Assembly: GCA_964596525.1 (NCBI GenBank)
Contig: CAZQUL010000001.1
Coordinates: 806,509-870,508 of the forward strand
Reading direction: 5' to 3'
DNA: 64,000 bases
Origin: an uncultured Gammaproteobacteria bacterium
GTDB lineage: Bacteria; Patescibacteriota; Patescibacteriia; Magasanikbacterales; GWA2-37-8
Of this stretch, positions 37,545-49,409 are shown piece after piece. Position numbers and translations under genes: made by a program. Numbering within the stretch: position 1 is the stretch's first letter; each line of letters opens with the position of its first letter. The notes under the pieces are model-generated. The model did no database searches, was not told the origin of the DNA, and saw nothing but the letters and a program-made list of their open reading frames with translations.

Positions 37545-37964
37545 TTAATCCGGTTTTTCTATTTTAATCATTCGTTCAAGCGACGAACGCTGTTCTTCGA
37601 GGTATTTAAGCTGGATCTTGCTCAGTACTTCGGGGTTGGCGAGTTTCGAAAGGACGAATTTCTCGTAATCCTTAATGGTTTCGTAATTAACTTCTTTGCT
37701 ATGGATGCAGTTCTCGACTAGAATTTTTACCTGGTTTTTTTCGTTTTCGACGGTTATGACGCCGTTGCGCATGAGGAACACTTCTTCCCGTTCGTCGGTA
37801 ACGCGAACGCGCGTTTTGGAGAAGAGAATGCTCGCGATGAGCGGTGCGTGCCCGGCAAACACTTCCATGTCACCGAGCTCATTATGGAGAAGAACGGATT
37901 TGACCGGCTCATTGAACATGATGCCGAGTGGCGTCTCGATGCTTAGGTTAAAGGTAGCGGACAT
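37545..37964 (-). CDS. atpC: F1 ATP synthase epsilon subunit
   Basis: 139 aa. N-terminal beta-sandwich and C-terminal helices. Last gene of the atp operon. Confidence 0.85.
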   Translation of the reverse strand: MSATFNLSIETPLGIMFNEPVKSVLLHNELGDMEVFAGHAPLIASILFSKTRVRVTDEREEVFLMRNGVITVENEKNQVKILVENCIHSKEVNYETIKDYEKFVLSKLANPEVLSKIQLKYLEEQRSSLERMIKIEKPD

Positions 37965-37975
37965 ACGAAGGCAGG

Positions 37976-39403
<1,428 letters not shown>

Positions 39404-40324
39404 TTAGGTCGCTACTTCTACCGCAGCGCTACCGGCGGCAAGTTCGCAGAGCTGTTGCGTAATGGCAGCCTGGCGTCCCTTGTTGTAAAGAAGTGTCAGG
39501 CTTTTTACCACTTCGTCGGCAGCTTCGGTGGCCTTTTTCATCGCCACCATGCGGCTCGAGTATTCCGAGGCCTTAAACTCGATGAATCCCTGCAGAAAGA
39601 GCATGTGGGCCAGCTGGCGGGCAAGCACTTCAATGACGCGCTCGGTGTCTGGTTCAAAGATTATTTCCTGATCAAGAGCCTCCGGTTTTTTGGCTGACGG
39701 GGTTTTGAGACCGTATTCTTTCCAGCGCAGCTGGTCGGCGATCATTTCTGGTGAGAAGGGGAGGTACTGCTTAATGTTCGGAATCGTGGTGAACGGATTG
39801 ACGTAGTGGGTTGAAACAAGGAAAACCTCGCGCACGTCCGAGCGGTTCCAGAGTTCGAGAATGCTGTCGATAACTTGGAGCGCTTCAAAGGAGTCGGTTT
39901 TTTCCGTTATTTCGGAAAAGTGCCGTTCTACTGGGTAGCCGAGGCGCAAAGCCGTTTCGTACCCTTTTCGGCCGATCGTGAACAAGATCCGTTTATTGAA
40001 CGGCGTCTCTTTCCACGCGGCCGACGAGAAGAGTGTATCGATCATGCGCAGGTTGAGCGAGCCGCACAATCCTTTGTCTGAGGTAATGAAGACGAAGACG
40101 CGTTTGTCGGCTTCGAGCGGGGTCTGCGCGTACGTGAGCTCGCTTACCGACCCGCCGGCCATGCGTAATGCTTCGACAAGACTCCAGGCATAGGTACGGG
40201 CAGCAACCGCTCGTTTTTGGAAGGTCTTCATTTTGTTGGCCGCAACAAGCTGCATGGCTTGCGTGATTTTTTGCGTATTCTTCGTGGCCTGGATCTGTTT
40301 TTTGGTTTCGGCAAGAAAGGCCAT
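39404..40324 (-). CDS. atpG: F1 ATP synthase gamma subunit
   Basis: Trimmed to MAFLAETKKQIQATKNTQKITQAM, the canonical gamma N-terminus. The longer ORF-track start would overlap atpA. Confidence 0.85.
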   Translation of the reverse strand: MAFLAETKKQIQATKNTQKITQAMQLVAANKMKTFQKRAVAARTYAWSLVEALRMAGGSVSELTYAQTPLEADKRVFVFITSDKGLCGSLNLRMIDTLFSSAAWKETPFNKRILFTIGRKGYETALRLGYPVERHFSEITEKTDSFEALQVIDSILELWNRSDVREVFLVSTHYVNPFTTIPNIKQYLPFSPEMIADQLRWKEYGLKTPSAKKPEALDQEIIFEPDTERVIEVLARQLAHMLFLQGFIEFKASEYSSRMVAMKKATEAADEVVKSLTLLYNKGRQAAITQQLCELAAGSAAVEVAT

Positions 40325-40334
40325 ACGAAGGGCG

Positions 40335-41846
40335 TTAAACAGCGAAGAAAGTTTCGGCGGCTGCCTTGAATCCGGCGGTGATTTCGTCGGAAAGGGCTTT
40401 GTCACGCTCGATGGCGCTGACGGTGCCGGCGTGCGATGCCTTGAAGAATTCGAGGAACGCTTCGAGTTTAGCCTGCACATCGGCGACCGGCAAGGCGTCG
40501 AGGTAGCCGTTCATGGCGGTCCAGAGGATTACGGCTTCTTCCGCGAGGGAACGTGGGCGTAACTGCTTTTGTTTGAGGGCTTCAACGAGGCGTTCGCCGC
40601 GGATAAGCTGCTTTTTCGATGTCGCGTCGAGTTCGGAAGCGAACTGCGAGAAGGCTGCCAATTCGTAGTATTGGGCCAAATCGAGCTTGATCGTACCGGA
40701 AAGTTTTTTGATGATCTTGGTTTGCGCTGCCGAACCGACGCGCGATACCGAAATACCGACGTTGATGGCTGGACGGATGCCTTTATAGAATAAGCCGGTT
40801 TCAAGGAAGATCTGACCGTCGGTAATGGAAATTACGTTAGTCGGAACGTAGGCTGAAATGTCACCAGCCTGCGTTTCGATGATCGGGAGAGCGGTGATAG
40901 ATCCGCCGCCGTTCGCGGTGTTGAGTTTGACGGCGCGCTCCAAAAGGCGGGAATGGATATAGAATACATCGCCAGGGAATGCTTCGCGACCCGGCGGTTT
41001 GCGCAAAAGAAGCGACAGTTCGCGGTAAGCGACAGCGTGTTTGGAGAGATCGTCGTAGATGACGAGCACGTCTTTACCTTGTTTGAGGAAAAATTCTGCG
41101 ATAGCAACGCCAGCGTACGGGGCCAGGAATTGCATGACCGCCGGGTCGGACGCCGAAGACGAAACGATCGTCGTGTAGTCCATAGCGCCGGCATCGCTGA
41201 GCGTTTTGATGACCTGAGCGGTTTTGGAATCACGCTGGCCGACAGCTACGTACACGCAGAGCATGTTCTGTCCTTTTTGATTGATGATAGTGTCGAGCGC
41301 GATCGCGGTTTTACCGGTCTGGCGGTCACCGATAATGAGTTCGCGCTGGCCGCGGCCGACTGGAATGAGCGCGTCGATCGCCAAGACGCCGGTTTGCACG
41401 GGCTGTGAAACCGACTCGCGGGCCATAACGCCCGGGGCGATGGTTTCGAGCGGCATGGCGGTGCCTTTTTCGAGTGCTTTGCCGCCGTCGAGTGCTTTGC
41501 CGACCGGTGAAACGACACGGCCCAAAATCTGCTCGCTTACTTTGATAGAGAGCTGTTTGCCGGTCGAGACTGCCGTGAGACCGACGCGCAAATCCGAGGA
41601 GTTGGTCATAGCAACAGCCACATTGATATCGCGGCCGATTTGCACAACGAGCGCTTCGATGCCAATCTCTTCGATTACCACCACTTCACCCATGGCCAGA
41701 CCGGAGATATTGGCAATCTCGATGATATTGTCTTTGGCGGAAACAATAAGGCCGGCTTTTTTAGGAGCCGTAACGTCTACCTTAATCCGCTCGATCGCTT
41801 TATCGATCGAGGAGAGGAGCTGTTTTACATGATCGTTCTGAGCCAT
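40335..41846 (-). CDS. atpA: F1 ATP synthase alpha subunit
   Basis: Walker A GDRQTGKT, 503 aa. Confidence 0.95.
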   Translation of the reverse strand: MAQNDHVKQLLSSIDKAIERIKVDVTAPKKAGLIVSAKDNIIEIANISGLAMGEVVVIEEIGIEALVVQIGRDINVAVAMTNSSDLRVGLTAVSTGKQLSIKVSEQILGRVVSPVGKALDGGKALEKGTAMPLETIAPGVMARESVSQPVQTGVLAIDALIPVGRGQRELIIGDRQTGKTAIALDTIINQKGQNMLCVYVAVGQRDSKTAQVIKTLSDAGAMDYTTIVSSSASDPAVMQFLAPYAGVAIAEFFLKQGKDVLVIYDDLSKHAVAYRELSLLLRKPPGREAFPGDVFYIHSRLLERAVKLNTANGGGSITALPIIETQAGDISAYVPTNVISITDGQIFLETGLFYKGIRPAINVGISVSRVGSAAQTKIIKKLSGTIKLDLAQYYELAAFSQFASELDATSKKQLIRGERLVEALKQKQLRPRSLAEEAVILWTAMNGYLDALPVADVQAKLEAFLEFFKASHAGTVSAIERDKALSDEITAGFKAAAETFFAV

Positions 41847-41858
41847 AGAATGCGAAAG

Positions 41859-42467
41859 TTAGGGAAGAGTTGCGTACGAACCGATCTGGCGCGCCCAGCT
41901 GACATCGAATAAGGCACCGTCTTTAAAGATGCGCATGCCACCCAAAAGCGACGAATCAACGGTGAAGGTTATGTAGTAAAGCGCACCTTCTTTGTTGAAA
42001 TGGTCGCGAATGCGGTTTTTTTCTTCGGTAGAGAGGGGGAGAGCGGTTTGAACACGGATCCGCGAAACACCAGGGAAGCGCTCTGTAAAGCGGAGGATTT
42101 CTTTTTCAAGATCCTGTTCGCCGTGGTTGCGCAGTGCTTTTATCACCTCAAGAAGCGAAACTTCGTTTTTATCGGCACTGGAAGCAATGGATAATTCCCT
42201 TACTACGAAGCCCTGAAGAGCCTTAAAGAGGGAAAAATCCGTTGTCGAAAAGCGGCCGGTTGAGACGAATTTAATGAGCCGGATGCTATCTTTGCGCAGA
42301 TCTTCACCTTCAACCGTCGAGAAATACGCGCGGAATGAGTCCGGATATGTTTTCCCTAGGATTTCGTCGATCTTTTTACGGCGCGCTTCGCCGGACGATG
42401 CAAAAACATCGTGGCGGATGAGCGTCTGCAGATCTTTGAGAAGGGCGCTGACCAGCATCCTGAGCAT
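41859..42467 (-). CDS. atpH: F1 ATP synthase delta (OSCP) subunit
   Basis: Position between atpF and atpA. C-terminal LLGGMRI...G..D.S pattern. Confidence 0.75.
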   Translation of the reverse strand: MLRMLVSALLKDLQTLIRHDVFASSGEARRKKIDEILGKTYPDSFRAYFSTVEGEDLRKDSIRLIKFVSTGRFSTTDFSLFKALQGFVVRELSIASSADKNEVSLLEVIKALRNHGEQDLEKEILRFTERFPGVSRIRVQTALPLSTEEKNRIRDHFNKEGALYYITFTVDSSLLGGMRIFKDGALFDVSWARQIGSYATLP

Positions 42468-42476
42468 ATTCTCGCG

Positions 42477-42980
42477 TTAAACGGTTTCAGCAAGCTCGTC
42501 CCAGGATTCACGGACGCTCTTTTGAATGGCATCTTTGGGTACTTTGTTCTTGAGTACGTCGGAAACCGTGCGCTCCATGCGGGTAATGATATCCTGCTCA
42601 ACCTCTTTAGTAAGATTGTCTTTGAGAGCCTGAATTTGTTCACGCGCTTCGGCCATGAGGCGTTTGCGGTGCTCCTCGGCCTCAAGAACGAGCTCGCTCG
42701 CACGGCGTTCGGCCTCTACGCGGGCAGCGTTCATCTGCGCTTGCATTTCAGCCATCATTTTCTTGCTTTCCGCGTCGCGGGCTTTCATTTCGTGTTCGAA
42801 TTTTTGTTTAAGATGCTCGGCTTCTTCTAGGTTGCTCTTAATCATTTCGCGGCGTTTGTCGAGGGCGTTCAGAACCGGCTTGTAGACAAATTTGGCGAGG
42901 ATTAAAATGATAATCCCGAAGTTAACGAGGTACATGGCAACACCCATGAGATCGATGCCGAGTTTGCTGAGAACATCCAT
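42477..42980 (-). CDS. atpF: Fo ATP synthase b subunit
   Basis: Single N-terminal TM helix followed by a long charged coiled coil. Confidence 0.85.
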   Translation of the reverse strand: MDVLSKLGIDLMGVAMYLVNFGIIILILAKFVYKPVLNALDKRREMIKSNLEEAEHLKQKFEHEMKARDAESKKMMAEMQAQMNAARVEAERRASELVLEAEEHRKRLMAEAREQIQALKDNLTKEVEQDIITRMERTVSDVLKNKVPKDAIQKSVRESWDELAETV

Positions 42981-43015
42981 AGACTCCGTCGCTAAGAATA
43001 AATAGAAAGTTTGTT

Positions 43016-43246
43016 TTAGACGACAAACAGGATGATGAGCGAGATAACGAGGCAGTAAATACCGGTTGATTCACAGATAGCCATGGCTACGACCATGTTC
43101 GGAATGATGTTGTCTTTGACAGCCGGGTTGCGACCGATAGCTTCCATGGCCTTCGACGCCACATTACCTTCGGCGATAGCCGGAGCGATAGAACCGATGC
43201 CCATGCAAATACCTGCAGCGAGCACTTTGAATGCAATTGGATCCAT
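43016..43246 (-). CDS. atpE: Fo ATP synthase c subunit
   Basis: 76-aa two-helix hairpin with the conserved carboxylate (E) in helix 2. Confidence 0.9.
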   Translation of the reverse strand: MDPIAFKVLAAGICMGIGSIAPAIAEGNVASKAMEAIGRNPAVKDNIIPNMVVAMAICESTGIYCLVISLIILFVV

Positions 43247-43287
43247 ATGGATTTCCTATTAAATAAATAATAAATTAATACATTATT

Positions 43288-44112
43288 TTAAGCAGCAACC
43301 GGAGCGGGGAGTGCGTTCGCGTTCTTCTTCTCTTCAGCAAGTTCTTCTTCTGAAACAGGGGGCAGCATGCCGGAAATGAACTGGATCGACAGGAGAGTAA
43401 AGACAAGCGCTTGGACAAAACCAGAGAAGATGCTGATGATCATAAAGGGAACTGGAACGATGAAGCGCGTATAGAACGACAAGCTCGAAATGACAAGGAC
43501 AAGAACTTCACCGGCGAAAACGTTACCGAAGAGACGGAACGACATGGAAAGGACTTTAGAAATTTCACCGATAATATCGAGCAGGCCGAGGAAGATTTCG
43601 AGAATGGCATTACCAAAGTCTGCGAAAGAGCGAACCTTGAGCAAAGCTCCCAGCTTAATGTACTTGCCGATATGAGCGAGCGGGGAGTGTTTGAATGAAA
43701 GTATTTGGCCAATGATGATAACGAGCGCAGCCAAGCCCATAGTAAGCATAAGATCGGCGGTGGCGGTGCGCAAAATGGCTGAACCATCAAGTGTAACTTG
43801 ATAGATGAGGGGGAGGGCCGAAAGCTGGTTTGCTACCGTAATAAGTATGAAGAGCGTCATGAGCAGGGGGAAAAACTTGCGGGCGCGTTTTTCACTGCCA
43901 AAAGCTGTTCTTACCTGCTCCATGATGAAGGTGATGATAAATTCCAGAAAAACCTGAAAACGGCCGGGGATAACTTTAACGGCACGCTTGGTGTAAATGG
44001 CTAGCACTATAAGGATGATGGTAATAACTCCCATGGTCACGAAGGAGTTGTAAATCGGAAAGGGCCCAATTTTGGCGAGCGGTGTTGCGGCGAGTGAAAT
44101 GCCAAGATCCAT
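43288..44112 (-). CDS. atpB: Fo ATP synthase a subunit
   Basis: Polytopic membrane protein with the conserved Arg-containing helix (FRLFGNVFAGE). Confidence 0.9.
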   Translation of the reverse strand: MDLGISLAATPLAKIGPFPIYNSFVTMGVITIILIVLAIYTKRAVKVIPGRFQVFLEFIITFIMEQVRTAFGSEKRARKFFPLLMTLFILITVANQLSALPLIYQVTLDGSAILRTATADLMLTMGLAALVIIIGQILSFKHSPLAHIGKYIKLGALLKVRSFADFGNAILEIFLGLLDIIGEISKVLSMSFRLFGNVFAGEVLVLVISSLSFYTRFIVPVPFMIISIFSGFVQALVFTLLSIQFISGMLPPVSEEELAEEKKNANALPAPVAA

Positions 44113-44135
44113 ATATACGCGTTAAAAAAACAAAT

Positions 44136-44459
44136 TTACTTAAGATACTCCTTTACGGACATAGTGTCAAGTTCTTTTGCTTCTGGTGATACGGATGATT
44201 CCTTCATTTCCCGTTCGCGCTTGACCATGCGGCGGATAATAATTGTTGGTAAAGGGAAGGAAATGAGGATCAGGATGAAAATAAAAAAGGCTTTCTTATG
44301 AAAGACATAATCAAGCCCATAGCCGATCATTCCAAAAATGCCGATAACGATTGCGTTGACGAGGAAAATTTTGCCTCGCGTTTGCCACGTATAGCCGAGC
44401 ATACCAAACAAAATAATCTTAGCATCACGCATGATAGACGATAATTGATTTTTTGGCAA
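44136..44459 (-). CDS. small membrane protein at the head of the atp operon (AtpI/AtpZ-like)
   Basis: Two to three TM helices. Assignment is by position only. Confidence 0.45.
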   Translation of the reverse strand: MPKNQLSSIMRDAKIILFGMLGYTWQTRGKIFLVNAIVIGIFGMIGYGLDYVFHKKAFFIFILILISFPLPTIIIRRMVKREREMKESSVSPEAKELDTMSVKEYLK

Positions 44460-44618
44460 GCCCCCCCATGTTGATGAATTCGATGAGTATTCTTCCTATC
44501 GGAATCGTTTTGCTGTTTATACTTATGTGGATAATCCCTTTTGGGAATATTTTTTTTCTGCTATGATGGAGTCCATTACAGTTTTATTTTTAACCGGAGG
44601 TGCTTTTAATTTAGCTAT

Positions 44619-45359
44619 ATGAACCAATCCGAAACCAAGAAAGGATTCTTGGAGGGACTTACCCCGGGGCAGGCATTACTCTTCGGGTTTTTAGTTTCTC
44701 TCTCTGTGCTGTCCGTGTCGCTTAACATCGTTTTGGGCACCATGCTCGCGCGGCGCGGTAACGCCGTAAGCGCGCCGACTGCCTATGGCGGTGGGGAACA
44801 GTACCCGACAGCAGGAGATCAGCCAATGCAGCCCACGACTCCGCAAACCTTTACGATTACGAAAGACAATCATATCCGCGGCAACTTCAACGCCAAAGTT
44901 ACCCTGGTTGAGTTTTCCGATTTCGAATGTCCGTTTTGCAGCCGTTTCCACCCCACGCTTAAGCAAGTTATGAGCGAATACGGCGATAAAGTCCGCTTGG
45001 TTTACAAGCACTTCCCCTTGAGTTTCCACGCGCAGGCCCAAAAAGCAGCTGAAGCTTCGGAATGCGCTTCTGAGCAAGGTAAATTCTGGGAAATGCATGA
45101 TAAGATTTTTGACAATCAGGAACAGCTTAGCTTGGCATCGCTCAAGCAGTGGGCTCGTGATTTGCGCCTTAATGGTTCTAAATTCGACTCCTGTCTTGAT
45201 ACGGGTAAGTATGCTGGCAAAGTCGCAGCCGATCTCTCCGAGGGTGAGCAGAAAGGTGTAAGCGGCACTCCGGCGACCTTTATCAATGGTCAGATGGTCA
45301 GCGGTGCGGTTTCATACGCCACGCTCAAGCAGATCATCGATGCTGAGCTGGCTAAATAA
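44619..45359 (+). CDS. DsbA/BdbD-family thiol:disulfide oxidoreductase with membrane anchor
   Basis: N-terminal TM helix and thioredoxin-fold active site FSDFECPFCSRFHP. Confidence 0.75.
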   Translation: MNQSETKKGFLEGLTPGQALLFGFLVSLSVLSVSLNIVLGTMLARRGNAVSAPTAYGGGEQYPTAGDQPMQPTTPQTFTITKDNHIRGNFNAKVTLVEFSDFECPFCSRFHPTLKQVMSEYGDKVRLVYKHFPLSFHAQAQKAAEASECASEQGKFWEMHDKIFDNQEQLSLASLKQWARDLRLNGSKFDSCLDTGKYAGKVAADLSEGEQKGVSGTPATFINGQMVSGAVSYATLKQIIDAELAK

Positions 45360-45450
45360 ATAGTCTAAACTTCAGAAAAATCACCGGCATGTCGGTGATT
45401 TTTCGTTTCTAAGGCGTTGTGTTACGATATGCTTATCTTGAAAATATTTT

Positions 45451-45765
45451 ATGAACCATGTTTCTTCGCCATCTCCGCGTGCCAGTACCAGCTCTTTTCT
45501 TTTGTCTCGAAAGGCGGTAATCCTTATGACACTCGGTTTTTTTGTCGCTTTATGGTTGCATTTTTTCTTGGTGCGGGGTGCGATTTTCGATGTTTTCGCC
45601 CCGTATGAACAGCAAGGAGAATATCTGGCTCTTAGAAACGAGCTACTTGATGAAACGACCGTCGGCATGTTCTTCTATGTGCTTCCCTTTTTGGTGCTTG
45701 TTGCGACGATAATGTTTTTGGTCGGGTGGCTTAGAGGCAGGCAATCCAAGATCCATGCTCAATAA
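45451..45765 (+). CDS. small membrane protein (hypothetical)
   Basis: Two hydrophobic helices. Confidence 0.45.
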   Translation: MNHVSSPSPRASTSSFLLSRKAVILMTLGFFVALWLHFFLVRGAIFDVFAPYEQQGEYLALRNELLDETTVGMFFYVLPFLVLVATIMFLVGWLRGRQSKIHAQ

Positions 45766-45769
45766 AAAT

Positions 45770-45803
45770 AAAACACGGATACGAGAGGTATCCGTGTTTT
45801 TTG
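45770..45803. terminator. bidirectional terminator
   Basis: AAAACACGGATAC-gagagg-TATCCGTGTTTTTTG. Confidence 0.75.
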
Positions 45804-45804
45804 T

Positions 45805-47169
45805 TTAGCGGCCTTTCATGCCGACAACAATCGAAAGCGTGCGCAGGAGAATGTTGAAATCGAGAATCGGGCCGCGGTGTTTGACGTAGTAGAGGTCGTA
45901 TTCCAGTTTGCGTAGGTTTTCGTTAATCGTGCCATAATACGATTCGCGCACCTGTGCCCAGCCGGTGAGACCGGGTTTGACGAGGTGCCGCAAATGGTAA
46001 AAATGCACCTGATCGCTAATCTGATCCACGAATTCCGGGCGCTCGGGACGCGGACCGATGAAGCCCATATCGCCAGCAAGAATGTTGATGAACTGAGGCA
46101 CTTCATCAAGGCGCGTGCGGCGCAAAAATTTACCAATCATCGTGATACGTGGATCATTGTTGGCTGTGAACTGTGCGCCTTGCGCTTCGGCGCTGCCGTC
46201 TTTGGCCAGCACTTTCATGCTGCGATATTTAACAAGCGTGAAATGCTTCCCGTTGCGTCCTACGCGCACTTGGCGGAAAAAGATGGGGCCAGGTGAGGAC
46301 AATTTAACAGCAAGAGCGATAAACGGGAGCGTGGCTACAAAAATACCGCCAAGCACGATGGCTAAAGGGTAGTCGATGAGCATGCGGAAACGGTCGTAGA
46401 TCTTTTTTTCTTGTTCGCGCAGGTTGGTGAGAAACCAAATGTCAGAGAAGGTGGCAGGTGAGATGCGGCCGGTAATGCTTTCGTAGAAGGTGTAGAATGG
46501 CACGACGGTCAGGTGGTCGAAAATATGCCGGTAAAGTTGTTGGGTGATGGTCCGATCTTCGGTTTTTTGGGGTGAAACGACTATAGTATCTGCGTTTTCT
46601 TGTTTGAGAGCTTCGTCTACGGAGATGTAACGCTTAAGAGGTGGTAGGGTTTCGGCCAGGTCGGTGCCGACTATGCCGACGGGTCGATAGCCGCGTTCTG
46701 GATGATTAAAAAGCGTTGTAATAAGAGTGCTCGTTTCATCGGTTGCGCCCACAAAAAGAATGCGCGTTTGCCACAGAACCGGAAAAACGAACCGGCGGTT
46801 GAACAAGCGCCAGGCGAAAAAAGCCGCAAAAGACAATATGACAGCTAAACCGAGAATCGTTTTAGGAGCGGTTGTGGCTGGGTTGACGAGATAAAAATAC
46901 AGACTGCCGCCCAAAAACGTGGTGATAATACTGAAACCAGTCTTCTTGATGAGTAACAAGGTATTTCGGAATGTGGCCAGATCATAAAAACCACCTACAA
47001 ACATACCGATTACCGTACCGGTGAAAATAGCGGTGAGGTGGGGGAGGAGTGCTTCATACTCACCTACGATTGAACCGGTGCGGCCACGCAGGAGGAGTGC
47101 TAGAAACCAAAAACCGTACCAAAAAAAACAATCACCGACGAGGATGAGAAGTTGTTTGAAGCGATACAT
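45805..47169 (-). CDS. polyprenyl-phosphate sugar phosphotransferase (WbaP/bacterial sugar transferase family)
   Basis: C-terminal catalytic domain with KPGLTGWAQV and DEVPQFINIL. N-terminal TM helices. Confidence 0.85.
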   Translation of the reverse strand: MYRFKQLLILVGDCFFWYGFWFLALLLRGRTGSIVGEYEALLPHLTAIFTGTVIGMFVGGFYDLATFRNTLLLIKKTGFSIITTFLGGSLYFYLVNPATTAPKTILGLAVILSFAAFFAWRLFNRRFVFPVLWQTRILFVGATDETSTLITTLFNHPERGYRPVGIVGTDLAETLPPLKRYISVDEALKQENADTIVVSPQKTEDRTITQQLYRHIFDHLTVVPFYTFYESITGRISPATFSDIWFLTNLREQEKKIYDRFRMLIDYPLAIVLGGIFVATLPFIALAVKLSSPGPIFFRQVRVGRNGKHFTLVKYRSMKVLAKDGSAEAQGAQFTANNDPRITMIGKFLRRTRLDEVPQFINILAGDMGFIGPRPERPEFVDQISDQVHFYHLRHLVKPGLTGWAQVRESYYGTINENLRKLEYDLYYVKHRGPILDFNILLRTLSIVVGMKGR

Positions 47170-47304
47170 ACATGGTATAGTATAGCACTTATAGTACTCT
47201 TTTTGGCTAAAAAAACAAGCACTGCACCCTCGGTACCCTAAGCCGGATATGGTATTATGAGTTTATACCTTTTTTAACCTACCTACCTTGGCTTTTTACA
47301 TCGT

Positions 47305-48324
47305 ATGCCTAATGCTCCCATTTTTGAGAAAAAGAACGTTTTGGTGACCGGTGGTGCGGGTTTCATTGGTTCTCATTTGTGCGAACGTCTTTTGCGCGAG
47401 GCCAAAGTGATCTGTGTCGATGATTTTTCCAACTCCCAGCCCCAAAATATCAACCATCTCCTGCAGTATCCGGATTTTGAGTTCGTAAACGCCGATGTTG
47501 ACAAGCCGCTTGATCTGGACCTTCATCCGGAACTTGATAAATTCAAGATCAAATTTCAAGGTGTACAAGAGATCTATCATCTGGCTTGCCCTACGAGCCC
47601 GCTCGATTTTGAACGCCTCAAGATGAAATCGCTCTGGGCCAATTCTTCGGCCATGATTAATACGCTTGATTTGGCGGCTAAATACCGCGCTAGTTACGTG
47701 TTCGCTTCAAGTTCGGTAGTGTATGGTCCGGCGCTCGACGATTCCACTCGTTTCCGTGAGTCAGACCATGGCATTGTTGACCAGCTTTCGGCCCGCGCCT
47801 GCTATGATGAAGGTAAACGTTTCGCCGAGACGTGTGTGGAAACATACCGTCAGGTGTATGGTCTTAACACCAAAATCGCGCGCGTTTTCACTACGTACGG
47901 TCCACGCATGCGCCTTTACCACGGTAATCTCATCATCGATTGGATCACCAATGCGCTTGATCACAAAGAGATCGTGGTTCATCAAGATGATGGTATTACG
48001 AGCACGTTATGCTTCGTTTCCGACATCGTTGATGGTCTTTTGCGCCTTATGGCTTCGCACGAAGACGTGCGTGTCGCCAACCTGGGCAGCGACCAAATGA
48101 TCGACATGCTCGAAGTGGCCAAGCGCATCGTTAGCATGACCGAATCCAATTCTTCGGTTGTAATGGGTCCGCCGACTGCCGAAACCGGTATGCGCAAGGG
48201 TGCACCCGATCTTTCTTTCACCAAGGAGCGTCTCGGGTGGTTCCCGCTTGTTCCGCTCAAAGACGGGTTGCGCAAAACAGTGGATTATGTTATTGCCAAT
48301 AAAGCAGCGGCCAATTTCCGCTAG
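47305..48324 (+). CDS. NAD-dependent epimerase/dehydratase (UDP-glucuronate decarboxylase-like)
   Basis: VTGGAGFIGSHL Rossmann motif and YDEGKR (YxxxK). Confidence 0.85.
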   Translation: MPNAPIFEKKNVLVTGGAGFIGSHLCERLLREAKVICVDDFSNSQPQNINHLLQYPDFEFVNADVDKPLDLDLHPELDKFKIKFQGVQEIYHLACPTSPLDFERLKMKSLWANSSAMINTLDLAAKYRASYVFASSSVVYGPALDDSTRFRESDHGIVDQLSARACYDEGKRFAETCVETYRQVYGLNTKIARVFTTYGPRMRLYHGNLIIDWITNALDHKEIVVHQDDGITSTLCFVSDIVDGLLRLMASHEDVRVANLGSDQMIDMLEVAKRIVSMTESNSSVVMGPPTAETGMRKGAPDLSFTKERLGWFPLVPLKDGLRKTVDYVIANKAAANFR

Positions 48325-48338
48325 AATATAAGTAATTT

Positions 48339-49013
48339 ATGGGGTCCTACCCGGTCATCATCATTGTTCCAGCGTTCAATGAAGAACGCCATGTCCGTCG
48401 CGTGGTGAGCGGTCTTAAGCTCGCCGGTTTTGACGATGTGGTGGTAGTGGATGATGGCTCGCACGACCGGACAGCCTACGAGGCGCGCTTAGCTGGAGCG
48501 GTCGTTATCCGCCATGTCATCAACCGTGGACAAGGCGCTGCGCTCGAAACTGGTAACGAATACGCGCGGGCACGCGGTGCGGCCTGGGTAGCACATATCG
48601 ACGGCGACGATCAGTTCAATCCGGCCGACATCGTATCGGCCTTGGAGCGCGCTCGCAAAGAACAAGCAGATGTTATCATCGGTTCTCGTTTTCTGGATGA
48701 TCGCACTAAGCTTCCTTTCACCAAAAAGCATATCGTCTTTCCTGTTGCTCGGCTCATCAATACGCTGCTTACCGGTGTAAAGCTTACGGACGTGCATAAT
48801 GGCTTTCGGCTGTTTTCTCGCCGGGCACTTTCTACGATCAGTCTCAAACACGACGGCATGGCGCACAATACCGAATTCATTGCCCAGATCAAACGTCATG
48901 GCCTTGCTTTTGTCGAGCATCCGGTCGAAGTCCGTTATCACGAATACGGCCAAGGTTGGCGCGCCGGGTGGCGCATTCTCAAAGATTGGTGTGTTGGCTG
49001 GTTCGTAAGCTAA
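48339..49013 (+). CDS. family 2 glycosyltransferase (polyprenol-phosphate sugar transferase-like)
   Basis: PAFNEE...VVVDDGSHD and DGDDQ (DxD) motifs. Confidence 0.85.
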   Translation: MGSYPVIIIVPAFNEERHVRRVVSGLKLAGFDDVVVVDDGSHDRTAYEARLAGAVVIRHVINRGQGAALETGNEYARARGAAWVAHIDGDDQFNPADIVSALERARKEQADVIIGSRFLDDRTKLPFTKKHIVFPVARLINTLLTGVKLTDVHNGFRLFSRRALSTISLKHDGMAHNTEFIAQIKRHGLAFVEHPVEVRYHEYGQGWRAGWRILKDWCVGWFVS

Positions 49014-49019
49014 TCACGT

Positions 49020-49409
49020 ATGTCCGGCATTCAAATTCTTCTTCTCACCTTGGCTATCGGCGCATGGTGGGGCGTGTGGAAAAAATACCGTAGCTCAGCC
49101 ATTAGCAGAAGTGCATTCGCCGCTTGGTCATGTGTGTGGATTGCGGTTAGTATTGTTGTCATTCGGCCCACGCTTACATCACGGGTAGCTCTTTTTCTCG
49201 GTGTCGGCCGCGGTGCAGACGTAGTGGTGTATGCTGCGCTTGCCTTGATTTTTATTTTTTTATTTCGCTTCTCCATCGCGCTCGAAGAAATGCGGCGAGA
49301 AATTACAGCTCTGGTGAGAATCATGGCTTTGTCTTCTGCCGCTCCTGCGCAGGCATATGATAAGGATCCTGCTCGATCATCGAAACAACCACCTCAGCAG
49401 TCTGTATGA
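49020..49409 (+). CDS. small membrane protein co-transcribed with GT2 (DUF2304-like)
   Basis: Four hydrophobic helices. Typical partner position downstream of a GT2 gene. Confidence 0.5.
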   Translation: MSGIQILLLTLAIGAWWGVWKKYRSSAISRSAFAAWSCVWIAVSIVVIRPTLTSRVALFLGVGRGADVVVYAALALIFIFLFRFSIALEEMRREITALVRIMALSSAAPAQAYDKDPARSSKQPPQQSV